A DNA stretch of 64,000 nt from a virus, in IMG/VR virus record IMGVR_UViG_3300036715_001140, positions 82,794 to 146,793 of that record; one strand, written 5' to 3'. The stretch's first letter is position 1. Each line of letters opens with the position of its first letter. Under the pieces are notes generated by a model. It did no database searches and was not told where the DNA came from. It saw only the letters and a list, made by a program, of their open reading frames with translations. A program made the position numbers and the translations under genes. This document shows positions 39,550-50,257 of the stretch, piece by piece.

Positions 39550-40827
39550 TTAGAAACTTTTTACTGAAGGTTTAAGTTTATTTTCTGATACTTTATACGT
39601 TTTACCTGTCTTATCTTCAACACGATAAGTTATGTCTGACTTAAGACCAACATCTGAGTCTTTATCCTCAGGTATAATAACTTCAATTATCTTTACTAAT
39701 TTTTTATTGTTGTTTTCATTTTTACAGTTTTGCAATCTATGGAAACTTCCAAGAGGCAAATGATTAAACATGATTTCGTCATCTTCTTCATCTTCTTCAT
39801 CTTCAGAAGAATCTTCATCTTCATCCGAGATAATAAACCTCTCAAGGAATGAATCGAGAGATACAAATTCATCCTCTATTACTTCTTTATCTTCAACTAT
39901 ATTTACGATGTATCCACCACACAACTCTGTAAGATTGAAATTGTATTCACCAAGCTTTATTACTACTGCTTGATTATCTTCAAGTGTTTCTACACCAAAA
40001 ACTTCTCCACCTAAAGCATGAATAGATTCAACTAACATTCGTGCAATATTATTTCTGAAAGAAAGATACAACTCTACCGGGTTAACATAATCCATCCGTA
40101 GATTATCAGATGAATCAGTATGTTCAACCTCGGAACAACAACATCCTGTTTCCTTGTTATTAACAGTTTCCTCTTCAGTCTCAGTGCAAGCACACTCACA
40201 ATTAACATCATGTGAGGAGGAAGCCTTAGAGATAAAAATTGGAACATTCTCAACCAGTGAATAAAAACGACTCAGAAAATCTGTAATAAGTTGTGTAGTA
40301 ATATCTTCACCTTTAATACCAGAAGCTAACAACCTTTTTTCTGCAAGATCCATACACTGAATACATGCATCAGAAGGATCATCAGGTTTTAACATACCAT
40401 AGTCATTAGACATAAATGGGTGCCCACAAAATTGACAGGTTATACTAATAGGATCATTATCTCCATCTTCAGTAATAGTCTCTGCATCTTTTACAGAATC
40501 AGTTTTATCTTCAGTTATGGTTGTCTTAACTGAATTGGTTACTACTACCTCTGGTTGAAGATCTGCTTCAGTTTTAACTGCTTCCTCAAACTCTGTAGTA
40601 TCTTTTTCTACATAATACTTGCTACCTTTAGTAACTATATCAGATAGTAGAACCACAATATACTTATCTGATACTTTAACATTAACTGCAACACTATTTT
40701 CAGATTTTCCTACTACTGTACCGATACCATCTTTGAAATTAAGTTCTTTTCCTATCATTCTATTAATCCTTTCTCTGAGAGCTCTTTTAGCATTCCTATC
40801 TAACGTTGACATTTTATTTCCTTTCAT
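39550..40827 (-). CDS. acidic multidomain hypothetical protein with CxxC motifs
   Basis: ORF; D/E tract near C-terminus. Confidence 0.7.
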   Translation of the reverse strand: MKGNKMSTLDRNAKRALRERINRMIGKELNFKDGIGTVVGKSENSVAVNVKVSDKYIVVLLSDIVTKGSKYYVEKDTTEFEEAVKTEADLQPEVVVTNSVKTTITEDKTDSVKDAETITEDGDNDPISITCQFCGHPFMSNDYGMLKPDDPSDACIQCMDLAEKRLLASGIKGEDITTQLITDFLSRFYSLVENVPIFISKASSSHDVNCECACTETEEETVNNKETGCCCSEVEHTDSSDNLRMDYVNPVELYLSFRNNIARMLVESIHALGGEVFGVETLEDNQAVVIKLGEYNFNLTELCGGYIVNIVEDKEVIEDEFVSLDSFLERFIISDEDEDSSEDEEDEEDDEIMFNHLPLGSFHRLQNCKNENNNKKLVKIIEVIIPEDKDSDVGLKSDITYRVEDKTGKTYKVSENKLKPSVKSF

Positions 40828-41241
40828 CTAACAAAGTCTAACTAAAGTGTAATTATAATCCATTGAGTGTTCACAACTATTATAAGGTTTACCACATACA
40901 GAACAAACGTATCCTCTGAACTTAAAACTCTCAAAATAGCAAATTGCTGCAACTTGAATGTTTTTGTATCTACTATTAAGTATTAACAGTATTGTACTTA
41001 TTGAAATAAGATACACTGTGTACTTAACAATATCTACCTGTACCAATGATAAGATCAGGACTATAAAAGAAAACTTTATCATTCGAGATTCTCCTTTCTA
41101 TATTTATATTGTGTAACACACTTCTCACAACATAAATATGCTTTTATTTTATTGCCTTGTTTATAGCATACAACTTGTGTTCCATCCAACAATTTTTTCT
41201 TACATTCAGTACACCGTGTCTTTTTATCTAACATAATAAAC

Positions 41242-41544
41242 TTATAATTTTGCAATTAAATTCTCCTTTCCTATAATCAAAGTATTTAAGTGATAAATTT
41301 TTACGGTATAATAACTTCTAGGTCTTAAATGCTGCTTGTCTAGCTCATTCTTCTTTTTAGGTTTAACTAATTCTATCCAAGTTTCAAACTCTACCGTGAC
41401 GTCACCAGAAAAGACAATCTCAAATTTAGACGATTTTAATTTATCTTCATAATCGTCTTGATCCTCGGGCTTTATGCTTTTGATTTTAAGCAGCATCCGA
41501 CCTTTCAAAAATTTTCTTACATCTTTATCTAATAAAAAATACAT
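41242..41544 (-). CDS. hypothetical protein
   Basis: GGAGG RBS. Confidence 0.55.
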   Translation of the reverse strand: MYFLLDKDVRKFLKGRMLLKIKSIKPEDQDDYEDKLKSSKFEIVFSGDVTVEFETWIELVKPKKKNELDKQHLRPRSYYTVKIYHLNTLIIGKENLIAKL

Positions 41545-41545
41545 T

Positions 41546-42577
41546 TCATATAGCCTCCTTTCTTTCTTTAAACACTGGAGAATAAAATACTTTAACAGAA
41601 TCTATACTTTGTATCACATTATCTGGTAGATGTATTTTAATCTCAGAAATAAAAGACTCATCGGTACTAAATATAATACTATTGTTATCTCTTTCTATCA
41701 AAGGCCACTCTGTGGTTGATCTATAATCAGAAGGTACTTTTATGTCTGTAGAAAAAACAACTTCTTTTTCAGCATTGTAAAATAACAGTCTATAACTAGG
41801 TAATACATTTGGTTCTTTATTGGTTAAAGTCCTAAACACTAGGTTATTTGTTTTTCCCACTATATAGTTAAAAGTTAATCCATGTGACTTAAATAAAAAA
41901 GAATACTCATTTGACTTTGTTTCTTCAGGTTTAACTACTGCAAACTTACTTAAAATTTCTCTACTATATAGAATCCAGTCTCTATTTAAAGATGTTTTAA
42001 GTACTAACTTAACAGTAGTATTTAAACCATCAAAGTCTTCTACTACTTTATCCTGTATTATGACATCAAAACTCTTTGAAGGGAAATCTTCAAATATTTT
42101 AGAAATAAAGGTTTCTATGGAATCAGCCATAACTTTTCTATTTTTGATAGATGTGTCTAACAATCTTCCATCAAATTGTTGACTTGAAACGTCAAAATTT
42201 AAAAACTCTAAAAGGATTGGAGCTTTTTTAACTGTAGCTTCAACTGTTACAGTCCATTCATCTACATCTTGTTTCTGTATAGTATTTACAGTTTGAGATA
42301 AAACAGTATAGGTTTTTATATACCCAAATGAGTAGTCTTTTATATATTCAGACAGTTTAAAATCTTCATAAATAGTTGAAGCTTCAAGATTAAATCCTAC
42401 TACCTTTTTTATTGCATTATTTAAAGCAGCCTTCTCTGCGGCATAAAATGTATCACCTGTTCCAGTTACAACTACAGTCTCTTCAGCTTTATTATTATCT
42501 AAACATAAGCCACTGCTAGGTTCAATAAGAAATGTTAGATAAACAATTAGCCATATTAAGAGTATAAACTTTCTCAT
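41546..42577 (-). CDS. exported protein with LPP20/FlgT-N-like domain
   Basis: signal peptide; VTGTG...AEKAALNNAI..VVG...GYIKTYTVL...VTVEATV. Confidence 0.65.
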   Translation of the reverse strand: MRKFILLIWLIVYLTFLIEPSSGLCLDNNKAEETVVVTGTGDTFYAAEKAALNNAIKKVVGFNLEASTIYEDFKLSEYIKDYSFGYIKTYTVLSQTVNTIQKQDVDEWTVTVEATVKKAPILLEFLNFDVSSQQFDGRLLDTSIKNRKVMADSIETFISKIFEDFPSKSFDVIIQDKVVEDFDGLNTTVKLVLKTSLNRDWILYSREILSKFAVVKPEETKSNEYSFLFKSHGLTFNYIVGKTNNLVFRTLTNKEPNVLPSYRLLFYNAEKEVVFSTDIKVPSDYRSTTEWPLIERDNNSIIFSTDESFISEIKIHLPDNVIQSIDSVKVFYSPVFKERKEAI

Positions 42578-42587
42578 TAGATGCTCC

Positions 42588-43529
42588 TTAGTTGTTTAAA
42601 ACAAATGCAACCTTTGCATTTTTGAGATAATTGGTTAGTTTATTAGACTCTTCTAGTTTTAGAATATCTTCTTTTGATAAGACTATTGAAGTATCTTCAT
42701 CTGAAACTTTAACAGCTTTAATAACCAATGGATTCGATACTCCTCTATGCTTTAAGATACTTATAGCTTTATCAACTTTTGTTGTATACTCTGCAATGCT
42801 GTGCATAACTAAAACATCAAAATTAACCATGTTAGGATCATATACTATTTTCCCATCTAAAGATATTAATCTGTTATTTAAAGAAGGTCTAAATTTTAAA
42901 CCACTTACATCAACAACTATACCATCATACTCTTTTGATACTGTGCCTATTACTGAATCTTTGACTTCAGTTACATCTTTTGACGATACTCTTTTAGTAT
43001 TAAAAGGTGTGTCTAACAAACGGTACAACTCTTTCATATAGTCTTTTATATTTATCTTAACTATTACTTCTCCTGCATCAGTAAGCTCATTATAATTAGA
43101 ATACACCGTTTGTACTTTTTTCAAAAACCTTTTAGATGTTATCTTTACAGTAAAAGAGTTTTTAAGCAAAACAGACAATTCATCTTCTGAATTTAAACTG
43201 AACCCTTCTAAGTATTTAGCTACCTCTGAGTAAGCTGCTAATAACGCAGCTCTTTTTGCCATTATTGCTTTTTGAGAGTCTGAAGCTAATGTTGTATCTG
43301 CAGGTATTTCAGCATAAAAATACATTTCATTATTATCTATATAAAACATTCCTTGATTTATTTTGGATCTGTCTATTCCATTATCTTCAGCCCACTTTGT
43401 AATACCTTGAAAAGATGCATGAGATACAGAATGAGTCAATACAACTATAATGACCACTATTATTAATCTTAACATGTCATTCTCCTTTAAATTGTGTATG
43501 AAAGCATCTGTATACTCTATCATATCCAT
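42588..43529 (-). CDS. exported LPP20-family-like protein
   Basis: signal peptide from MLRLII; AKRAALLAAY..VA..LEG, YDGIVVD..GL, NPLVIKA. Confidence 0.65.
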   Translation of the reverse strand: MDMIEYTDAFIHNLKENDMLRLIIVVIIVVLTHSVSHASFQGITKWAEDNGIDRSKINQGMFYIDNNEMYFYAEIPADTTLASDSQKAIMAKRAALLAAYSEVAKYLEGFSLNSEDELSVLLKNSFTVKITSKRFLKKVQTVYSNYNELTDAGEVIVKINIKDYMKELYRLLDTPFNTKRVSSKDVTEVKDSVIGTVSKEYDGIVVDVSGLKFRPSLNNRLISLDGKIVYDPNMVNFDVLVMHSIAEYTTKVDKAISILKHRGVSNPLVIKAVKVSDEDTSIVLSKEDILKLEESNKLTNYLKNAKVAFVLNN

Positions 43530-43636
43530 TAGTTAATTCAAAGTAGAGTATCGTGTACAACTCCCATACTAGAAAGATTAATCTCTAGCTCCTTATTAAA
43601 CTCAGATACTGTAAATGACTTATTTTTAATGGACTT

Positions 43637-44260
43637 TCATAATACCTCCAAATCAATATCTTTATACTCAAGTTTATTCAATCCAACGAAACGAGTATTA
43701 CCTATAACTTGGTCTATACTCTGATGCCAATGTCCAAATACCCACAACTTAGGTTTATGTATTTCATACATAGCTTGAAGTGCTTGCCGTGTACGGCTTT
43801 CATTTTGACTCTTATGAATGCCAAGTAAAGGCAGTACACTTTCAGGACAATCATGACTTACTACAACTTTTGGAGTTGAATATTGATAATTACATATAGC
43901 ATGTCCCAATTGTTTAATTGACAATTCTTCTTCTCTCCACCAATCAACTCCTTCTACTCTTTTATATTGATCTATGCTATATGCACCGCCAAGATAAAAA
44001 ATACCGTTCATATAAAAACCATCAGATATTACATTCAAACATTTATAAGCTATCTCAGGGTTATCGTGGTTGCCTCTTATTATCTTATGCCTTGTACTTA
44101 AGGAGTTTAGAAAAGAGGTATCCTTAATAAATCCGAAACCAAAATCACCAACTTGAATTGATTGAGTGCATCCTTGAATTGTTTTTAAATACCATTCAAC
44201 GGACTCATCTAATCCACCATGTATATCGCCTATAAATCGTGTTTTCACACTCATGATCAA
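43637..44260 (-). CDS. calcineurin-like metallophosphoesterase
   Basis: GDIHG, GDFG, GNHD, SHDCP, FGHWH. Confidence 0.92.
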   Translation of the reverse strand: MIMSVKTRFIGDIHGGLDESVEWYLKTIQGCTQSIQVGDFGFGFIKDTSFLNSLSTRHKIIRGNHDNPEIAYKCLNVISDGFYMNGIFYLGGAYSIDQYKRVEGVDWWREEELSIKQLGHAICNYQYSTPKVVVSHDCPESVLPLLGIHKSQNESRTRQALQAMYEIHKPKLWVFGHWHQSIDQVIGNTRFVGLNKLEYKDIDLEVL

Positions 44261-44370
44261 TCCTCCACCTCCTCATAAATCACATCTAAAACTTAAATGT
44301 ACGCCAATTACTTGGTCCTTCTACTTCGAAATAAATCCGGTTTTAAAGGATGACCGGAAACCATTTTATG

Positions 44371-44958
44371 CTAAATCTGTGCCATTGCGTCTATAATAAT
44401 GTCGGAAGTAACTGGATAAGGTTTAGGTAAGGCACACATATCCATTACATAGAATCTTGAATCTTCATCAATCAGAAGCAAGCCTTTTGTTTCTTCCAGG
44501 ACTAACTGAATCTCTGCAATTCTTGATTCCTTCAACTTTTTCCGGCCTACTATCAAAAGCATATCTTCACGCTTGATAGTACACACACCGCAACCACCTT
44601 CAGAATAATCAGCTACTTTAAGAAAAATCGTTTCCAACAAGTTCACTGTTTGTTCAATGTTTCGTTTTTTCAACTTTTTCTTTTCAACTTTTTCTTCATC
44701 TGTCTTATTAGAACTGTCAGAGATGTAAGAGCTGTTAGGTGAACCACATCTACCGTTTTCTACTAGAATATGGATACAATCATAATCTGTATCCGTTTTC
44801 ATACAAAGACCAGAATCATTTAAATATTCACAAACTTTCTTAAAAGCACCATTGTTGGCAAGGTCTGCACAGTACTCATGGCAATAACTTTTTGCCTTCT
44901 TTGAAAAGTTTTCACAATTAGGATTAGCACACTTTACAACATTCTTTTTCTTTCCCAT
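44371..44958 (-). CDS. Cys-rich hypothetical protein
   Basis: AGGAG RBS. Confidence 0.6.
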   Translation of the reverse strand: MGKKKNVVKCANPNCENFSKKAKSYCHEYCADLANNGAFKKVCEYLNDSGLCMKTDTDYDCIHILVENGRCGSPNSSYISDSSNKTDEEKVEKKKLKKRNIEQTVNLLETIFLKVADYSEGGCGVCTIKREDMLLIVGRKKLKESRIAEIQLVLEETKGLLLIDEDSRFYVMDMCALPKPYPVTSDIIIDAMAQI

Positions 44959-45067
44959 TTTACTTTCTCCTTTTTTGTTAGTGGTTGATAAATAGTTTGC
45001 ATACTCGCCAATTGCTTTCTACACTCTAAATAAAATCAGCCTCACCTCCTTCAACTCTTGTTTATAC

Positions 45068-45104
45068 TAAAAAGGTGTATACCGATAATTCAGTATACAC
45101 CTTT
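45068..45104 (-). terminator. intrinsic terminator
   Basis: AAAGGTGTATAC/GTATACACCTTT with U tract. Confidence 0.75.
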
Positions 45105-45163
45105 AATGATAGATTTCGTACTTATTATATGAGCAATTGCCTATCTACTTATTAATTCTTGTT

Positions 45164-46219
45164 TTATTTTGTAGCTTTTGCAATTGCTTCTTTAAGAGAG
45201 AATTTTATAGTTCTGAGACCTTTCTTAACTTCTTTTTCGATGATCTTCATAAGATTATCATCGAATGTTTCAGCGATCAACTCTGCGAGACGAGCTTCTT
45301 TACTAACACCTCTCTTCAGTTTCTCTGAGTTAACCTTAACTTTAGCTTCTTTAACTGAGGAGTTGCGAATCCTATCCAGAGTAGAAGCAGAAATTTCAAC
45401 TACCAAATTTGAAGAAATCTTATCTTCAACTTTCTTTTCCTTTCCTGCCGGTACTTTAGCAACCGTTTTACCAGAAGCTAACTCAGCTTTCAACTCTTCT
45501 TTTCTGGCAACCAGTTTGTCCATCTTTTTGTTGAGCTGCTTGCTACTTGGGTTTTCTTTAATCTCAGCTTTCAACTCTTTAATCTCAGCTCGTACTTCAG
45601 CCAGCTCTTTTCTCATTTCTTTAGTGTTGTCAGTTTTAGGCTTCTTAGAAGATACAACTTCTGCTTTGGATCTTGAAGTCTTTTTGGATTCAACTGGCTT
45701 TATCTTTCCTCTAGAAGACTTTTTCACAGGCTTAGGTTCATCTTCTTCATCATCTTCTTCATCTTCATCAACTTCTTCAGCTTCTTCAGCTTCATCTTCT
45801 TCGTCATCTTCTTCATCTTCATCTTCATCATCTTCATCTTCATCATCTTCATCTTCATCATCTTCAACTTCATCTTCATCATCTACATCTACATCCATAT
45901 CATCTTCATCAAGTTCATCTTCATCATCTTCATCGTCTTCGTCTGCTTCAATAAGCTCAACTAGGAGTTTTATAATCTTTTTGTCCAGCTTTTTGTCTTC
46001 TGCTTTTTTCATTACAACTGCTTTAGCTTCCTTCTTAACAGAACCAGCGGCAACCATTTTGTCAATTTCTGCTTTAACAACGCTGTCTTGAACTTCAGAA
46101 GCACATACATCACAAACATTGATGCCGTGTTCAGCTTCATTGAACCGAAGATCCGATGCTACAAACTCTTCATTACAAATCATGCACTCTACAGTTTTGG
46201 TTTTTGCTTTTGCGCTCAT
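45164..46219 (-). CDS. Zn-finger + poly-acidic tract + Lys-rich coiled-coil protein
   Basis: CMIC...CDVC; ~65-residue D/E block; AGGAG RBS. Confidence 0.8.
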   Translation of the reverse strand: MSAKAKTKTVECMICNEEFVASDLRFNEAEHGINVCDVCASEVQDSVVKAEIDKMVAAGSVKKEAKAVVMKKAEDKKLDKKIIKLLVELIEADEDDEDDEDELDEDDMDVDVDDEDEVEDDEDEDDEDEDDEDEDEEDDEEDEAEEAEEVDEDEEDDEEDEPKPVKKSSRGKIKPVESKKTSRSKAEVVSSKKPKTDNTKEMRKELAEVRAEIKELKAEIKENPSSKQLNKKMDKLVARKEELKAELASGKTVAKVPAGKEKKVEDKISSNLVVEISASTLDRIRNSSVKEAKVKVNSEKLKRGVSKEARLAELIAETFDDNLMKIIEKEVKKGLRTIKFSLKEAIAKATK

Positions 46220-46321
46220 CTTTTTTCTCCTTTAGTGTTGTGTTTTACTCTGTGAAAGAAGACTAGGTGCACATATTATTAATGTACACCCAGTCTATAC
46301 GATCTACTCCTTGAATACGAT

Positions 46322-46936
46322 CTACTTCTTGAATGCTGCAAATGCATTAGTTATTACTTCATTGTTAAGATGACGTACTACGTAACGAATATTGCTTGCA
46401 CCAATTTTCTCACCAACTTTTGCGAAATACTCTTTTGCTATTTTAGCTGCTGACTTCTCATTTTTTACTTTCTTTATGCTGTTTACAAGTTCTTCAAGAG
46501 TTTTCATTGAACGGCGCTCTTTCTTTGCTTCATCAGCAACAGCAGCTACATCAACCTTTTCAGCTTTAACTTTGCGATCTTTCTTTTCAACTCCACGAAC
46601 CGAATTTTTCAAATTAGATGCTGCCTTGAAACCAAAATCTTTGTCAGATTCAAAAGAAACATCAACCTTTGCCTTACGCTCTTTCTTTGCTTCAACAACA
46701 GGAGCCACAACCGACACTTTTTCTTTTTTCATTTTAGTCTTCTCCTTTTTAGTAGCAGAACCAAATACTGAATCATTCAACTCTTTAGCAGCTTTAAAAG
46801 TAACATCACCAATTTTCTTGCCAGCTTCAAAGATGATTTCGAGTTCGTTTTTCATGACATTCTCCTTTTTAATTTTAGCGTTGTTAGCAACATTTTTAAC
46901 TTCTGCCTTAGCCGAAACATTCATTTTTGTTTTCAT
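46322..46936 (-). CDS. Lys-rich protein, first gene after strong promoter
   Basis: composition; several in-frame AGGAG-ATG internal starts. Confidence 0.7.
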   Translation of the reverse strand: MKTKMNVSAKAEVKNVANNAKIKKENVMKNELEIIFEAGKKIGDVTFKAAKELNDSVFGSATKKEKTKMKKEKVSVVAPVVEAKKERKAKVDVSFESDKDFGFKAASNLKNSVRGVEKKDRKVKAEKVDVAAVADEAKKERRSMKTLEELVNSIKKVKNEKSAAKIAKEYFAKVGEKIGASNIRYVVRHLNNEVITNAFAAFKK

Positions 46937-47036
46937 CTTAATTTCCTTTCAACTCTTGAATTTGACTCCTATCGAAATATGTTGACAACTCTTGTTTTCC
47001 ATCTGAGGGATCATTTTTCATGTTTCCCTCCCCCTA

Positions 47037-47111
47037 CCTTATTTTAACATAAAAAATATCTATTTGTCAAATATTTTTTACTAAAATAAAGAAAAATTAC
47101 TACAAACTCTT
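47037..47111 (-). promoter_or_regulatory. promoter cassette copy 1
   Basis: TTGACA-N18-TAAAAT with extended TG and AT-rich UP region; near-identical to 50129-50203. Confidence 0.8.
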
Positions 47112-47330
47112 AAAATAAAAATAATGCTTGTTGTTTTAATTCGGTCTAACGGACTTAAATCAACAAAAGCCATAAAAAAGCCCTACTTTATGCTAAAAAT
47201 ATAATGAAAAATGATACAAAATATGCCATTTTAGTCTATTTTACATCAAAATATAGAGCTTTAAACAAAGCAAAAATGGGTCAGACTACGTTATAAAAAC
47301 ATAAAATCTGACCCATTTTGACATGTTTTG

Positions 47331-48251
47331 TTATATTTTTGTCAATTTATTGTAAATATACCATCCAAAAGAGATATCTCTTGAACCTTTTAAAGTCTTA
47401 TTTTGAAGTTCAGCCTCTATATCGGTCAAAATATTATTCAGTTTTGATCGACATAAATAATTATTCTGTTCCATTATATCTTTATCAATAACTGGTTTAT
47501 TATTTTGCAACTCTTTTATCAATAATTCTAATTCTGCTATTTTTGATTTTAACTTCTTGACCTTACTAATTGGTTTATCTAAAATGTTCTCAGGAACTAT
47601 TTTTTCTTCAGTCATCTTAAATTCTGACCCATTACTATGTGTTCTGTTCAACTCTTCAATTGTGGCTTTAAGATCGTCTTTGGATTTAATTATGCCTTCC
47701 ATAAAAGAACCAAATTCATCCTGATCCTTTTTTGATGCAATATTAAACTTTACCAAGTTTGAGAATCCTTTGGAGTTTTTCACTGGGATTCCTGAGATAT
47801 CTCTATAGGTAGTATCTCCAACAGATTTATAAGCAATCAAAGTTCCAGCTAACAACAAGTCTTCTACAGAAGATGAATACTTAGCAGGTGTAATAAAAAT
47901 ATACTGATTGTTCTTAATATCTACAACCTTCCTCTTTAATTTCTTATTTTCTATATGAATAAGCTCTGAAGCGTAAGGTGCTCTTTTAAGAGCCTTCATA
48001 CCAACTGGAGCAATAGTCTGTTGATTAGCTTTACAAGAAGTACATCTAGCAGATCCCGTTTTTATAAAATACTGTTTATTTGTATAAAAAGTATGACCAC
48101 AGGTAGAACATGTAATATTTAACATCATTCCAGAGTATCCTACTTCAATAGACTCTTTGGTAGTTAAAACTTTATTAATGATAAATCCGCCTATAGTCTT
48201 TCCTATCAAAGAATAAATATCAGTAATTGCATTTACGGATTTAGATTCCAC
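47331..48251 (-). CDS. hypothetical protein with N-terminal zinc ribbon
   Basis: CSTC...CTSC; GGAGG RBS, GTG start. Confidence 0.65.
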   Translation of the reverse strand: MESKSVNAITDIYSLIGKTIGGFIINKVLTTKESIEVGYSGMMLNITCSTCGHTFYTNKQYFIKTGSARCTSCKANQQTIAPVGMKALKRAPYASELIHIENKKLKRKVVDIKNNQYIFITPAKYSSSVEDLLLAGTLIAYKSVGDTTYRDISGIPVKNSKGFSNLVKFNIASKKDQDEFGSFMEGIIKSKDDLKATIEELNRTHSNGSEFKMTEEKIVPENILDKPISKVKKLKSKIAELELLIKELQNNKPVIDKDIMEQNNYLCRSKLNNILTDIEAELQNKTLKGSRDISFGWYIYNKLTKI

Positions 48252-48286
48252 TTTAATACCTCCATTTTTAGAATTTATTATTAAAC

Positions 48287-50066
48287 TTAAGGCTCAAGTG
48301 TTTCCAAAACTGATTCAAGATCAGAAAGTGATACAGAGTTGTTTATCAATTTACTATGTTCTAAAACCACATAGTTAATTGACACTCCGTATTGAACACT
48401 TTTAAACAGTTTTAGCTGAAATTCTGTATCCAAAAATGCAGTCATAAGAATGAGATAGTCTGAATCAACTGGCCCACCAATTATTGTCTGTAACATTTTT
48501 TGACTAATACTAATAGGATATGAAGTATCTTTACGCTCAAGAAAGAGTTGTGATAAAACTACTGCGGTTTGTTCTGGTTTACGTGTCATTGGTTCCTCAC
48601 ATTAATCCATTTGTAGTGTTTAGTATTATTTTTGTAATACTCCATAGCTTCTTTGTCTCTTTCATGACTAGTGTAATCTTTATTCTTATACTTTTTACGA
48701 AACTTACGGATATGGTTAAGAAGATGACTAATATTTCCTTTCGGATCTGGAAGATAAGACTTAAGATAAAAATAGTTTTCGTCCTTAACATAAGAAAGTT
48801 TTACATCAAAAAATGACCAGCAATGAAACTCATACAACTCCATCAGAGGTCTAGTTCTAAGCTCCTCAAAAGAGATCTGAAGATAGTCTATAAGCATCAT
48901 TGCAGTATTTGTTTTAAGCCTAATAGAAAACATTAAAAGCTCCTATTTAATAAAGAGTTTGATGAAAATTATAGCCGCAACGAGTACAAGTCAGGTCAAT
49001 ACAGCCACTATCAGGACCACCATAACTATCATCCATTAAAGCATGACCTTTAAAATGACAAATGGTAAGATTAAAAATCATTTGGATAGTAGTAAGAGTT
49101 ATTGTGAATAAACGGCTGCGATACTGAACTTCAGACCACTCAATTGGATAACCATATTCATCACACACATAACCATGCTCTTGGTCGTTAAAGGTTGAAA
49201 ACACATAAGCCAAATACTCATAAATATGTTTGATATAAGTTTTCATCTTGTTCTCTCCTATCATAGGATGTCTGAAATAGTCTTATCACTCAAAGAGACA
49301 ATCTGTGTTTGCTCAAATTGTATCTCAGTTAATGATCTTGTAATACCTCTAAGTGAAAATTCTCCTTTATACAATGGAGATCTTTTTTCAATATAAGTTA
49401 TAACAACTTTTTCATTATCAGCATCCTCAAATTGAACCTCTACTACTGAGCCAAGTCTTATCTGACTCAGTTTAATGTCAAGAGGCAGCCCATTATTTAT
49501 TACTGGATCATTCCATCTCTTTTCCATATCGTTTATCCTTTCTGATTAGAAGAAGCATTGATTACTGTCAACTCTAAAACTATTCCAGGTCTCGTTTACA
49601 CATAAGATCAGCTTCATATGCATCTAAAAGCATTAAAGCAGAAGTTGCATTATTTAATAGTTGATGAAGAAATTGAACATCACTTATATACCCTTCACAG
49701 TACTGATAATATCTATCTTCATTGTTATTTCTAGTAGTCTCAATAATGTTGTTACGAACTTTGTTCGGTGTCTGTGGGACTAATAACTCTTTAAATTGTT
49801 TTTTTGGCATAATCATTCTCCTTTTGGTTAATCTACGTAATCACACTTCACCCAAGCTATAGAACCTTTCTGAGATTGCTGCTGTATATCTCTTTATTAT
49901 AAGGACATGTCGGATTATAATCGACTAATTTACATACTATATCTTTGTCGTCTTCTGAACACTGACTAAATGGATACCATCCGTCTTCTGTAAGAATGAC
50001 TAATCCAAAGATTAAATCGCTACCTACACTTATTCTGCCGTTAGTGAAAATGTTTTGTGGTTGCAT
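48287..50066 (-). CDS. run of six small early-type hypothetical genes (48287-48589, 48586-48933, 48947-49264, 49261-49527, 49580-49816, 49857-50066)
   Basis: co-oriented ORFs with RBSs downstream of promoter at 50129-50203. Confidence 0.6.
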
Positions 50067-50128
50067 AATTTTCTCCCTTCAATATTTTTACAACTCTTAT
50101 TCGACATTTTTTTGATATTTGTGCTTCA

Positions 50129-50203
50129 CCTTATATTAACATAAAAAATGTCTATTTGCAAATATTTTTTGCTAAAAATAAAGAAAAATTACTACAAACT
50201 CTT
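50129..50203 (-). promoter_or_regulatory. promoter cassette copy 2
   Basis: TTGCAA ... TG-T-TAATAT; ~75-bp near-duplicate of 47037-47111. Confidence 0.75.
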
Positions 50204-50216
50204 GTGTTTTAGATAC

Positions 50217-50247
50217 AAAAAAAGCACCGAAATTTCGGTGCTTTTTC
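50217..50247. terminator. bidirectional intrinsic terminator
   Basis: AAAAAAAGCACCGAAA-TTTCGGTGCTTTTT. Confidence 0.85.
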
Positions 50248-50257
50248 AAGTACTTAC

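Noticed and set aside
46298-46333. 18-bp tandem duplication at the end of the Lys-rich gene
   Set aside because: Looks like simple slippage with no evident function
45159-46985. Long plus-strand Ser/Phe-rich ORFs (310 aa and 197 aa)
   Set aside because: Mirror frames of GAA/GAT/AAA-rich minus-strand genes; no RBS or motifs
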